From IMG/VR virus record IMGVR_UViG_3300029587_000019, positions 1 through 40,932 of that record: a stretch of DNA of 40,932 nt; one strand, written 5' to 3'. The position numbers were made by a program, and so were the translations under genes. Source of the DNA: a virus. This document shows, piece after piece, positions 1 through 7,690 of the stretch (its first letter is position 1; each line of letters starts with the position of its first letter). Under the pieces are notes generated by a model. That model was not told where the DNA came from. It did no database searches and saw only the letters and a program-made list of their open reading frames with translations.

Positions 1-99
1 CAGATTCTATGATTTGTTTGTACTGGCTCAAATGGTCCGCTGCAGATGGCTTTAGGTATGGTTGGGCACGTTGCCCATGCGTAAGGTGAAATTGTCCCT
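1..99. repeat. Terminal direct repeat, identical to 40834-40932. It marks an assembly overlap of a circular or terminally redundant genome.
   Basis: Read directly: both copies run cagattctatgatttgtttg...gtgaaattgtccct. Confidence 0.95.
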
Positions 100-393
100 T
101 TGCATCTTGATATACCCAAGGATTCGGCCTGCCACCCGGATAATACTTTCCTGTGCCAAGTTCCGCTTGTGTATCACATAGGCCCCATACTCGCTGTTGG
201 TGCCTATGTAAACCGCATCACCACCTTCGTCTACCACATGGGTAATGCTGTTGCGCAGATTGCCGGTGTCAACGGGGCACAGCTTTTTCGCATATCCCTC
301 TGCCACCAGCCCGATCTTTTCAAGGCCCCGCAGCAGTGCCGCTTTGATCTCAGCAGAAACCTCCGCGCTGTGGTCTTGGATTTCAACGCTCAT
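52..393 (-). CDS. HK97 gp10-family head-tail joining protein, N-terminal reading frame. The gene appears frame-broken (see findings).
   Basis: ATG at 393 follows AAGAGGG. Motifs PVDTGNLRNSI and IGTNSEYGAYV are present. The family-typical C-terminus lies in the -1 frame from about 169 to 1 and continues past the junction. Confidence 0.6.
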   Translation of the reverse strand: MSVEIQDHSAEVSAEIKAALLRGLEKIGLVAEGYAKKLCPVDTGNLRNSITHVVDEGGDAVYIGTNSEYGAYVIHKRNLAQESIIRVAGRILGYIKMQRDNFTLRMGNVPNHT

Positions 394-503
394 TTTCAAA
401 ACCCTCTTGACTATTTTACGGAAATTGCATATACTACCTATGAGGAAACTCATGTTTCCGTTTTATCGAGGTAATCCTCCGCCCGTTCTGGTGGGGGGTT
501 GCC

Positions 504-1982
504 TCATTTTTTATATCGCCGCGCAAAAAGGACAGACCCGTTATGCAACGCAATTATATCTGCATTAAACGATTTGCTTCTTGTTGCTCTCGCATCCAAT
601 ACATCAATTAGTTTTTGCTTATCAATCCCATCGGCGACATCAAAAATCACTCCGCCTTGGTTCCCGTGTATCTGCTTTATCGCTTTGCGCAGAGCGCTAT
701 CTGCGGCTTTTTCTGTGGAAATCGACTTTATTTCCCATTGCTTCCCTTTCCACAGCATGTCTGGCATTTTCATACCTGGCGTCTGCGATTCTTTCAGTAG
801 CACGAACTTCCCGCCGAATTGATCTCTGAGTTGGTTTGCAATTTCGATTTCGGTCTTGTGCCCCTTTATGTGATATCCGTTTTCGTATCGTACCTTACCC
901 ATGCGGGGATTAGCAGAATCTATGTATTTCTTCGTAACATCCTTTTCAGATTTTTCGCTACCCATGTGATATGTGGATAACTGTCTGCCACTGTATCCCT
1001 GCTTCGATGCTTCCCACTGTGCGTATGTCATGTCGGATATAAGCCCGTCGCGTGTTCTCCGCAGGCCGTATGATGTATCTACGCCATCCACGACTGAAAG
1101 CACCGTACAGCGGCAGTTATACACGAGGTAGCCGGGTGCGGAAGTATCGCCGGGAAACATGATCTCGTTACCATCGACTTTAAACGGCTTGTCAATGTCC
1201 ACCGTCTGGCCGTCTAACATGGCGTGGGCGTGTCGCGTTCTGCCGTCCAGCGTCGCAAGCCATTGTTTCTTGAGCTTAATGCCCATCTTCTCCGCCGCCG
1301 CGTAGCTGTCCATGCGTCCGGCGTTCTGCGCTCCGGTCACGGCAGTTCTGGCCGTGCGGATGGCGGAATCCCGGCTCATGGTGGTGATCCGCTTTTGCAA
1401 GTCATCCGCCATGCGCTTGATACTCAACCCCTGTAAGATGGAGCTGGTGACACTGGCCGTAATTTGCCTCTTGCCGTATGCGAGATCGATCCCGCGTTTC
1501 AGTGCTCTGTCCTTTGGATAGTACGGCATCAACCCCGGTTGCTCCACGATTAGGCGTTTCACCGTCTGCTCGTCCCACAGGTCAAAGCCCACGTCCCCAG
1601 CCACACTCTCGATGGTATACGCCGCATAGTTGCGGTTGAGGGAATAGATACCAGGAGTAGCATCATTGGTGTAAGACACCGCCACAGCGTTTGCATCGGT
1701 CACGCGGTGCGCCACCCTGTCACGCATGGCCTGATAGCGTTCCCCACGCCCGATCTGGTTCAGCCGCCATTGCTTATAGTCGGCCTCCGTCCATTCCTTA
1801 CCGTTTTGCACGGTGCCGATCAGAGCTTTCATTTCCTCGTCGCGCTTTTTGAATTGCTCAAAATACGCGTCGATGGTAGCTTGCAGCTCTTTCCCAGCCT
1901 CACGGTACAGCTTCGCAATGCGCCGTTCCAACTTCGCAAGTTCCTTGTCGGTCAGTTGATGCCCAAGATCACTGGTCGCCAT
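504..1982 (-). CDS. Head morphogenesis protein (SPP1 gp7 / Mu F family) fused to a ~150-aa C-terminal PD-(D/E)xK-like domain
   Basis: 492 aa. The MuF-like core ends at YLVYNCRCT. The C-terminal part contains EIEIANQL...MPDMLWKGKQWEIKS (E...PD...ExK). It sits immediately after the portal gene. Confidence 0.8.
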   Translation of the reverse strand: MATSDLGHQLTDKELAKLERRIAKLYREAGKELQATIDAYFEQFKKRDEEMKALIGTVQNGKEWTEADYKQWRLNQIGRGERYQAMRDRVAHRVTDANAVAVSYTNDATPGIYSLNRNYAAYTIESVAGDVGFDLWDEQTVKRLIVEQPGLMPYYPKDRALKRGIDLAYGKRQITASVTSSILQGLSIKRMADDLQKRITTMSRDSAIRTARTAVTGAQNAGRMDSYAAAEKMGIKLKKQWLATLDGRTRHAHAMLDGQTVDIDKPFKVDGNEIMFPGDTSAPGYLVYNCRCTVLSVVDGVDTSYGLRRTRDGLISDMTYAQWEASKQGYSGRQLSTYHMGSEKSEKDVTKKYIDSANPRMGKVRYENGYHIKGHKTEIEIANQLRDQFGGKFVLLKESQTPGMKMPDMLWKGKQWEIKSISTEKAADSALRKAIKQIHGNQGGVIFDVADGIDKQKLIDVLDARATRSKSFNADIIALHNGSVLFARRYKK

Positions 1983-3324
1983 CGCCGCTCACCCCCGGCG
2001 CGTCCGGATCTTCAATGCTCCGGTCAAGTTCTTCTGCCGCCTTCCGCTTTGCCATGTCCTCGTACTGGTCAATGTCGCCGTTGATGGTCAGCAGCTTCTT
2101 TGTGATGTATTCGTCATCGTAATACGCCGCGCCCAGAAGGATGTTCTGTGTTTCCTCGCTCTTGTTGATAATCTGGTTGCGCGTGTAACTCGGCTGGTCC
2201 TCAATGCCTGCCAAACGCAGAATCTCAACAATAAACCGCGTTACCTCGGATTCAAACTTGTCCGTCTTCAAATCCAACGGCACATAGCTGGCCTTGATCG
2301 CGGTCGCCGTCTGGTTCCCTGCGGATACCGCCGCCGCGTCAAAGCACTGGAAATCTTCGTACAGCTTTTTCTTGAGCATATCAATGGTGCTGCTGGTGCC
2401 CTCATAGGGAGCCTCGATGGTCTTACTTTCCACCTTTGCGCCATCATCGCCGTTGGCGTGGGCTACATGGGTGGTTTTCAGCCGTTCAACAAACTTTGCA
2501 TCGTCCAGATCCGTCATGCCCTCACAATTGGAAATCACCCAATAGATCAGATTGCCCTCGTCCACGTTGTTTACCATGTTGGAGGACGCCAAATCCAGCG
2601 CGTCAATGGTATTGCGCTTGCCGACAATCTCGGATAGGCACCGCTTGTTGTTTTTCAGCGGCACGATGGGGAAACTCGGATAATTCCCACCGTCATAGAT
2701 TTCGGTTTCGCCAACTTCGGCCTTGCGCTCGATCAGCTTATAACTGCGCTTCGGCTGCATGACGTCCATATTTTCGCCGCTGGGCTGGAAATACTCGGTA
2801 AAGCCGTCAATCTCATACAGCGTCGCTCTCAACGGCTTATCCTGTGCCACCTGCCAGAACCGGATACCAGCTTTCATTGCACCGTCTTCCTCATCGTAGA
2901 GAGGGACAAACTCAAGCAAGGAGAACACCCGCAAATGCGTCAGATCCCAGAAGCCGAAAGACACGCCTGCGATTTTCGCCTCACGCGCCGCATCCATGAC
3001 TTCCTGGTCAAAGTCCGGGCATAGCTTGTTTGGTGTTTCCTTCTCCGCGAAGGTCACGCCGTTGCCCAGAAGATACGATACCTCCTGATCCACCGCCAGA
3101 CCGAAGAATCGGCTGGCCAGCTTGTGGTTTGCCGTCCACATATCCGCGTGGGCGCGGCCCTGCATATCATAGATGATCTTTTCATAGCGGTTGATTGTCG
3201 GATTCAGCCCGTTGTAATATTCCTCAGCATCCGCCGCCGTCTTATATGCGTGGGATTCACGGTGCTCGTTGATCGCGCTGCGGATAAACTCCATCCGCGC
3301 CTTTTCGTCCTCGCCCACCGCCAC
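1969..3324 (-). CDS. Portal protein (SPP1 gp6-like)
   Basis: 451 aa between terL and the MuF gene, with a portal-like N-terminal pattern (YYNGLNPTINRYEKII). The start is uncertain: GTG at 3324 or ATG 30 nt downstream. Confidence 0.85.
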   Translation of the reverse strand: MAVGEDEKARMEFIRSAINEHRESHAYKTAADAEEYYNGLNPTINRYEKIIYDMQGRAHADMWTANHKLASRFFGLAVDQEVSYLLGNGVTFAEKETPNKLCPDFDQEVMDAAREAKIAGVSFGFWDLTHLRVFSLLEFVPLYDEEDGAMKAGIRFWQVAQDKPLRATLYEIDGFTEYFQPSGENMDVMQPKRSYKLIERKAEVGETEIYDGGNYPSFPIVPLKNNKRCLSEIVGKRNTIDALDLASSNMVNNVDEGNLIYWVISNCEGMTDLDDAKFVERLKTTHVAHANGDDGAKVESKTIEAPYEGTSSTIDMLKKKLYEDFQCFDAAAVSAGNQTATAIKASYVPLDLKTDKFESEVTRFIVEILRLAGIEDQPSYTRNQIINKSEETQNILLGAAYYDDEYITKKLLTINGDIDQYEDMAKRKAAEELDRSIEDPDAPGVSGDGDQ

Positions 3325-3340
3325 AAGGTCATTATATGTC

Positions 3341-4624
3341 TTAATCTCCGCTCACCCCTTGTCTCAGAATGGAAACATAATCAGAGCTGTCGCGTTTGTT
3401 CCACAACCGCTTTACGATGCTGGCCGCGCTGTCCGGCGCGTCATCATGCTCCACGTTCTCGTTGTAATCGCAAATCTGGTCGATATACGCATCATCCGTC
3501 CCGGCCACAAAAACCACATTGCGCCATTCCGCCTTGAGATAGCTTGTGATTTTAAGGGATTTGTTCATGCTTTCGTGATAGGTAACGGCCCGTTCCCCCT
3601 TCGCGCGCAACGCCTTTGCCAGATAGCCCTTGTCGGCGTTGGTCTCGCAGTAAATCACCCCAGCATTGAAAGACTTCCGAAGCCGGATGATCTCATCCAT
3701 GCAATCGTCCACATGCTTGTGCCAAAGCCGCCCATAGAGGTAATATGTCGTTCCCTTCTTCCGGGCGACCGTAAACGCCGTGTAGTCATCGCCGCCGTAT
3801 GCCGCGTCGATGTGGCAAATGCCCTGCTCTGCAAGGCAAGGCTCCGCGCCCATTTGCGGCGTGTCAAAGATCACATCATCACTGGCAATGTGCCGCAGCT
3901 CGTAGTTTGCTGCAAACAGGGATGACGTCATAGACGATTTAATGGTTTGCAACTCATCCCCGGAGATCAACCCAGTTGAATAGCAATCGTACTTTTCGAT
4001 ATTCGGCATCATGGAAAACGCGTCTTCCTTGTGCCAGGGCGTTCCGGTGTTAAAAATGCGCCCGCCACGATTGCGGATATTCTGTAACTCCTGATAGATC
4101 GTTTTTGTATGGTCTCGCTCTGCGCGGGAAATGCGATCCTGCACGTTTACAATATCGTCCGTAAATATGCGGTCAAAATGCTTGCCGGTCAAGGACCCGT
4201 TCACGCCGCACGCCACAAGCTGGCTCGTGCCCTTGTTGTCCGCTGCCAGATTCGTGGAAATCTCCGTCGCGGATACCGTTGTCAGGATCAGCGGTTTTCC
4301 GTGGATCTTCTCGCACAGTGCCTCCATGTATGGCGATAGCAGCAGATTTCGCACCTGCCGCACAACCTCTTTCACGTCCGCATCCGTTTTTCGCATAAAC
4401 AGCGTTTTGAGATTCGGCAGAAGGACGATGATCTCCGCCAGCGCAATCGAAACGCACGTTGTTTTGTAGCTGCCACGATGCGCCTGCAAGGTTTTGTCCT
4501 CACTACCGCGCACCATATCCTGTATCCATGCGTTGTGCAGCGCGCCCAGCTTATCAAACCCAACGGCATGACCGAACGCAATGGGATTATGTATCAGCAG
4601 TTCCGCCGCTTGTATCCGCGTCAT
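3341..4624 (-). CDS. terL: Terminase large subunit
   Basis: 427 aa. It has a Walker-A-like HRGSYKTT, overlaps the end of terS, and is followed by the portal gene. Confidence 0.9.
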   Translation of the reverse strand: MTRIQAAELLIHNPIAFGHAVGFDKLGALHNAWIQDMVRGSEDKTLQAHRGSYKTTCVSIALAEIIVLLPNLKTLFMRKTDADVKEVVRQVRNLLLSPYMEALCEKIHGKPLILTTVSATEISTNLAADNKGTSQLVACGVNGSLTGKHFDRIFTDDIVNVQDRISRAERDHTKTIYQELQNIRNRGGRIFNTGTPWHKEDAFSMMPNIEKYDCYSTGLISGDELQTIKSSMTSSLFAANYELRHIASDDVIFDTPQMGAEPCLAEQGICHIDAAYGGDDYTAFTVARKKGTTYYLYGRLWHKHVDDCMDEIIRLRKSFNAGVIYCETNADKGYLAKALRAKGERAVTYHESMNKSLKITSYLKAEWRNVVFVAGTDDAYIDQICDYNENVEHDDAPDSAASIVKRLWNKRDSSDYVSILRQGVSGD

Positions 4625-4967
4625 TCTGCATCACCATCTTCTCCAACTCGTCCAATGCAATGCCCTTCGCGTCCGTCACCGCCACGTCCACGCTGTCACG
4701 CTGCCCCAAAAATTGTTTACCGAGGAAGATCGCCATTGTAGCGTTCTTTTCAGCCAATCGCCATTGGCTCCGACGCAGTGAAATTTTCCCCGCGCCGCGC
4801 TTTTGTTTAAATACCTCGGAGAAACTGGCATGATAGGTGCGTTTACACCAACCATCCAGTGTTTTATCAGTTACATCAAACCAACCGCAGATTTCCTCAA
4901 GCGTGCATTGCAGGCCGCAGAGGTTCTCGAACTGCTTCTGATCTATTTCCTTTCTTGGCCTTGCCAT
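4587..4967 (-). CDS. terS: Terminase small subunit (HTH type)
   Basis: 126 aa with N-terminal MARPRKEIDQKQFENLCGLQCTLEEICGWF. RBS AAAGGAGGG. Directly upstream of terL. Confidence 0.75.
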   Translation of the reverse strand: MARPRKEIDQKQFENLCGLQCTLEEICGWFDVTDKTLDGWCKRTYHASFSEVFKQKRGAGKISLRRSQWRLAEKNATMAIFLGKQFLGQRDSVDVAVTDAKGIALDELEKMVMQNDADTSGGTADT

Positions 4968-5073
4968 ACGCGCCCTCCTTTCTCTGCTGGCGTTTAATAA
5001 ACTTCTCCATGTCCCGCTTTAGATATGGGCTATTTGTTTTGGCAATAATTGCCTGTGCTTCTTCAATCGTCAT
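4897..5073 (-). CDS. Hypothetical small protein (58 aa), uncertain
   Basis: ATGA-type overlap with the stop of the upstream gene. The 3' 71 nt overlap terS in another frame. Confidence 0.25.
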   Translation of the reverse strand: MTIEEAQAIIAKTNSPYLKRDMEKFIKRQQRKEGAYGKAKKGNRSEAVREPLRPAMHA

Positions 5074-6298
5074 GCCCAAGCCCTGCCACGATTTTCTTTT
5101 CTCTGTCGGAAAGTTCCCACACGTTTGTATTACATACTCTTACTTTCTCCGCAGCAGCCTTTTCCGCAGCAGCCTTTTCCGCAGCAGCCTTTTCCGATAG
5201 CAAAAAGCCGGAGCCGAACAAGCCTTTCCCCGACGCTTTCTGTGCGTCAAGCGCGCGGATAAAATGTGCATCTCTTTCTCTAATTTCAAGGCTTACGCCG
5301 TGAGCTGCCATATAACACAGCATCGTTGCTGTCAAAACCTCATCTGGATATGAGTATTTCGGCAGTTCTCTGTGCAACTTTTTGAGATTCTTTTTGTTCT
5401 CGTCATCCAGTATTTCTCTTAAATCAGCGGCAGCGACAATCTTATTGCCCCCCATGTTGGTAACAAACGACGTATTGACAGACGCGCCGTTTTCATACAC
5501 AACTCCGCACCCGCACGCCACATAGTTTGCCGAGCCGCGCATAATTCCGAGGAGTGTAAGCGTTGGAGCGAACAGAAAGAAGTTGATTCTCTTGCTTGTG
5601 TACCACTCGCAGATTTCTGAAATAATGGAAAAAGGCGGATTGTCTATCACAACACACCCAGAAGGGTATTTCTCGCTTTTATAATCTCCGCCCGGATAAA
5701 ACGGGCGCACAATTGCGGCATTGCCAATTTCGTACTTCTCAGCCGCCCAATCTCTTACTGCTTCGTAGATGTTATCCGGCGTGTAGCAATCGTCCGTTGT
5801 TTTCTTCGCCTCGAACTTTTCAAGGAAAGCTTGGTAGTCCTCATCATCGTCTGAAAGCTCTCCACGCTCCATCCTTTCCCGAAACTCCTGCTCTCTTTGC
5901 TCGTTGGTCATTTCTTCAATTTCGGATTCGTCCAGCTCCGGAAAAGAAAAGTCAAAATCAAACGCCGATAAATCCAACTCCGGCAGTTCGCCTTTCAGCA
6001 GGTCAAAGTCCCAATCGCTCTCGTTGCTCTTGTTGTCCACCAACCGCAGGGCGTTCACTTGCTCCGGTGTCAGATCGTCCACGCAGACACAGGGCACTTC
6101 TTCCATGCCCAGCTTTTTTGCCGCCAGAGCGCGGCAGTGGCCGATTACAATCACGCCGTCACGGTCAATCACAATCGGCTGTACAAAGCCGTACTGCTTG
6201 ATGCTCTCCGCAACGTTGTTGATTTGCCGCTTATCATGCTTTTTTGCGTTTGCGGCATACGGCACAATATCCGCAAGCCGCCGTTTTGTGATTTCCAT
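5063..6298 (-). CDS. ParB/Srx-like N-terminal domain fused to a putative N6-adenine DNA methyltransferase
   Basis: 411 aa. The N-terminus has ParB-like ...VIVIGHCRALAAKKLG. The C-terminal half has VVIDNPPFS (NPPF motif IV-like). An (EKAAA)x3 repeat lies near the C-terminus. Confidence 0.7.
   Translation of the reverse strand: MEITKRRLADIVPYAANAKKHDKRQINNVAESIKQYGFVQPIVIDRDGVIVIGHCRALAAKKLGMEEVPCVCVDDLTPEQVNALRLVDNKSNESDWDFDLLKGELPELDLSAFDFDFSFPELDESEIEEMTNEQREQEFRERMERGELSDDDEDYQAFLEKFEAKKTTDDCYTPDNIYEAVRDWAAEKYEIGNAAIVRPFYPGGDYKSEKYPSGCVVIDNPPFSIISEICEWYTSKRINFFLFAPTLTLLGIMRGSANYVACGCGVVYENGASVNTSFVTNMGGNKIVAAADLREILDDENKKNLKKLHRELPKYSYPDEVLTATMLCYMAAHGVSLEIRERDAHFIRALDAQKASGKGLFGSGFLLSEKAAAEKAAAEKAAAEKVRVCNTNVWELSDREKKIVAGLGHDD
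5151..5195. repeat. Exact 15-bp tandem repeat x3 (gcagcagccttttcc), in frame
   Basis: Read directly. It encodes EKAAA x3 in the ParB-MTase C-terminus. Confidence 0.95.
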
Positions 6299-6310
6299 GC
6301 CATCCTCCTG

Positions 6311-6322
6311 TTTTGCTACCGG
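6311..6322 (-). repeat. Third, short copy of the GGTAGCAAAA motif, abutting the RBS of the ParB-MTase gene
   Basis: Minus strand reads ccggtagcaaaacaggaggatggcATG. Confidence 0.6.
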
Positions 6323-6329
6323 TAATAAT

Positions 6330-6782
6330 TTACTCCACGATCATCCAGTCATCGGCAAGCATATCCGCCTGCGATGCCAGCCAGCCGAGCTGCACGCCGG
6401 ATGTGCCGACAAAAGCAAGCGCTTTGTTACCGATAGCTTCGTGAATGGCGTTGATCACCTCATGCGCAGCATTCTCATAGCTGATGCGCTCCGCAAGCTC
6501 GACATGCTGATTCTTGCCATTCCAACCACGACGGGCAATTCTCTTCCCTTTCTTTGCCGCTTCAATAGCCAAGCCAAAGCTCATGCCGTCGGTGGGGCGG
6601 TACGCTTCCTCGAACACGTCCTTAGGGCTAAAACTCTCGTAGCCGTCCTGGTAACGAACCTTGTACCCCTCTTCCGCAGGCTCCATGCTTCTGGGGATCA
6701 GCTCGTTCGCATCGTAGACCTTGCCACCCTTGCGAATAGCAGGGGCCGCTTCAATGATTTTCGTGCCAATATACTTTTTCAT
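6330..6782 (-). CDS. DUF2829-family protein (Tad2-like candidate anti-Thoeris sponge) with an N-terminal extension
   Basis: 150 aa with MSFGLAIEAAKKGKRIARRGWNGK ... GWLASQADMLADDWMIVE. This is the DUF2829 signature as I recall it. Confidence 0.7.
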   Translation of the reverse strand: MKKYIGTKIIEAAPAIRKGGKVYDANELIPRSMEPAEEGYKVRYQDGYESFSPKDVFEEAYRPTDGMSFGLAIEAAKKGKRIARRGWNGKNQHVELAERISYENAAHEVINAIHEAIGNKALAFVGTSGVQLGWLASQADMLADDWMIVE

Positions 6783-6988
6783 TTCGCATAACCTCTTAAC
6801 ATTATTTTGCTACCGGCCCCTGCTCCTTGGTTTTCTCGCCGCTTTACTTGCTTATTGTCAAAATCAGGGATATGCAACCGCGCCTTACCCATCAATCTTT
6901 CACACGCCGTTGACTTCTCTGATTGTTGTAAAAACTTTTTTACGCTTGAAGCAGTCACAATAAAAGACGCGTTTCCCCCTTTTGCCAT
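6779..6988 (-). CDS. Hypothetical 69-aa protein, uncertain
   Basis: Strong RBS (AACAGGAGGAAGTC-ATG) and an ATGA overlap with the next gene. However, it contains one copy of the 26-nt repeat. Confidence 0.35.
   Translation of the reverse strand: MAKGGNASFIVTASSVKKFLQQSEKSTACERLMGKARLHIPDFDNKQVKRRENQGAGAGSKIMLRGYAK
6805..6830 (-). repeat. 26-nt direct repeat, copy 2 (minus strand CCAAGGAGCAGGGGCCGGTAGCAAAA)
   Basis: 22 of 26 positions match the copy at 7001-7026 by hand alignment. Confidence 0.8.
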
Positions 6989-7615
6989 GACTTCCTCCTG
7001 TTTTGCTACCAGCCCCCACCCCTTGGCCTTACATAGCAGACTTTACCCGCCCCGCAGTCTCTACCATTACCCCACGCATAAGCGCAAGCCTTCGATTTTG
7101 AGGGGCATACACGCTGTCTCTTCCAGCCGTCAAGATTGGTTTGCATAACCTCCGTGCTCAAAGACACGAGCCGCTATCTGGCACGGCATTGCAGTCCTGC
7201 CCTGCTTTAGCGCTTCAGGGAAAGTCCCCGTCACTCGCTGTGGTCTCCCCTTACGGGGCACCTATGCCGCATATCTCCGCAGTGAGCCGGTCGGCGCTCC
7301 GGCATCTCCAACAATGCGAGTATTTGCGGTCTCGCCTCCGGGCGGCAGATTGCCTTTCTGCCCTCCACTGCGGTACTGCCGTCTAAAACTGCTGCCACCG
7401 TGCGCAATCACAGTGACCTGCTGGAACTTCGGCAGCGTAGTTTGTCCAAATGTCCCCTCTGGGACACATCGTTGAGAGGTGCGAGGGGTCCTATACCCAA
7501 CCGGAATTGCACCGGGGCATCAAGGGCAAGTACCAGTTGCCGGAGATGAGCTGCTTTTACAGGCCGCAGCTTATATATTCTTGGAGCGAGGACGCATCAC
7601 CCGAAACGCTCCCCG
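6989..7615 (-). ncRNA. Candidate large structured non-coding RNA. The class is unverified; the context resembles ROOL/GOLLD. Strand is inferred.
   Basis: No ORF of 60 aa or more on the gene-bearing strand. Many GC-rich hairpins, e.g. GGAGCG...CGCTCC, TGTCCC-agag-GGGACA, CCCC-gtaa-GGGG, GCTGCC...GGCAGC, CCGTGC...GCACGG. Directly 3' of a tRNA-like element. Confidence 0.45.
7001..7026 (-). repeat. 26-nt direct repeat, copy 1 (minus strand CCAAGGGGTGGGGGCTGGTAGCAAAA)
   Basis: Read directly. Followed by CAGGAGG-ATG of ORF 6988. Confidence 0.8.
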
Positions 7616-7618
7616 CCA

Positions 7619-7690
7619 TGGTGCAGACGGCAGGATTTGAACCTGCGCATACCTCCTGGTGCGGTGCTCTGCCTACTGAGCTACGTCTGC
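7619..7690 (-). tRNA. tRNA-like element or pseudo-tRNA with encoded CCA. Acceptor, D and T arms are canonical, but there is no canonical anticodon arm.
   Basis: GCAGACG-TA-GCTC-AGTAGGCA-GAGC-A-[CCGCACCAGGAGGTATGC]-GCAGG-TTCAAAT-CCTGC-CGTCTGC-A-CCA. The central 18 nt contain no U33-type loop and are 3-4 nt too short. Confidence 0.55.

Noticed and set aside
5904-6791. 295-aa plus-strand ORF
   Set aside because: It is antisense to the ParB-MTase and DUF2829 genes, both of which have recognisable motifs. It is Ser/Arg-rich junk.
7619-7690. tRNA-like element as the attP core
   Set aside because: The integrase is a serine recombinase, which does not rely on tRNA homology. The element contains the complete 5' and 3' halves of a tRNA scaffold rather than only a 3' fragment. 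This cannot be excluded without attB.
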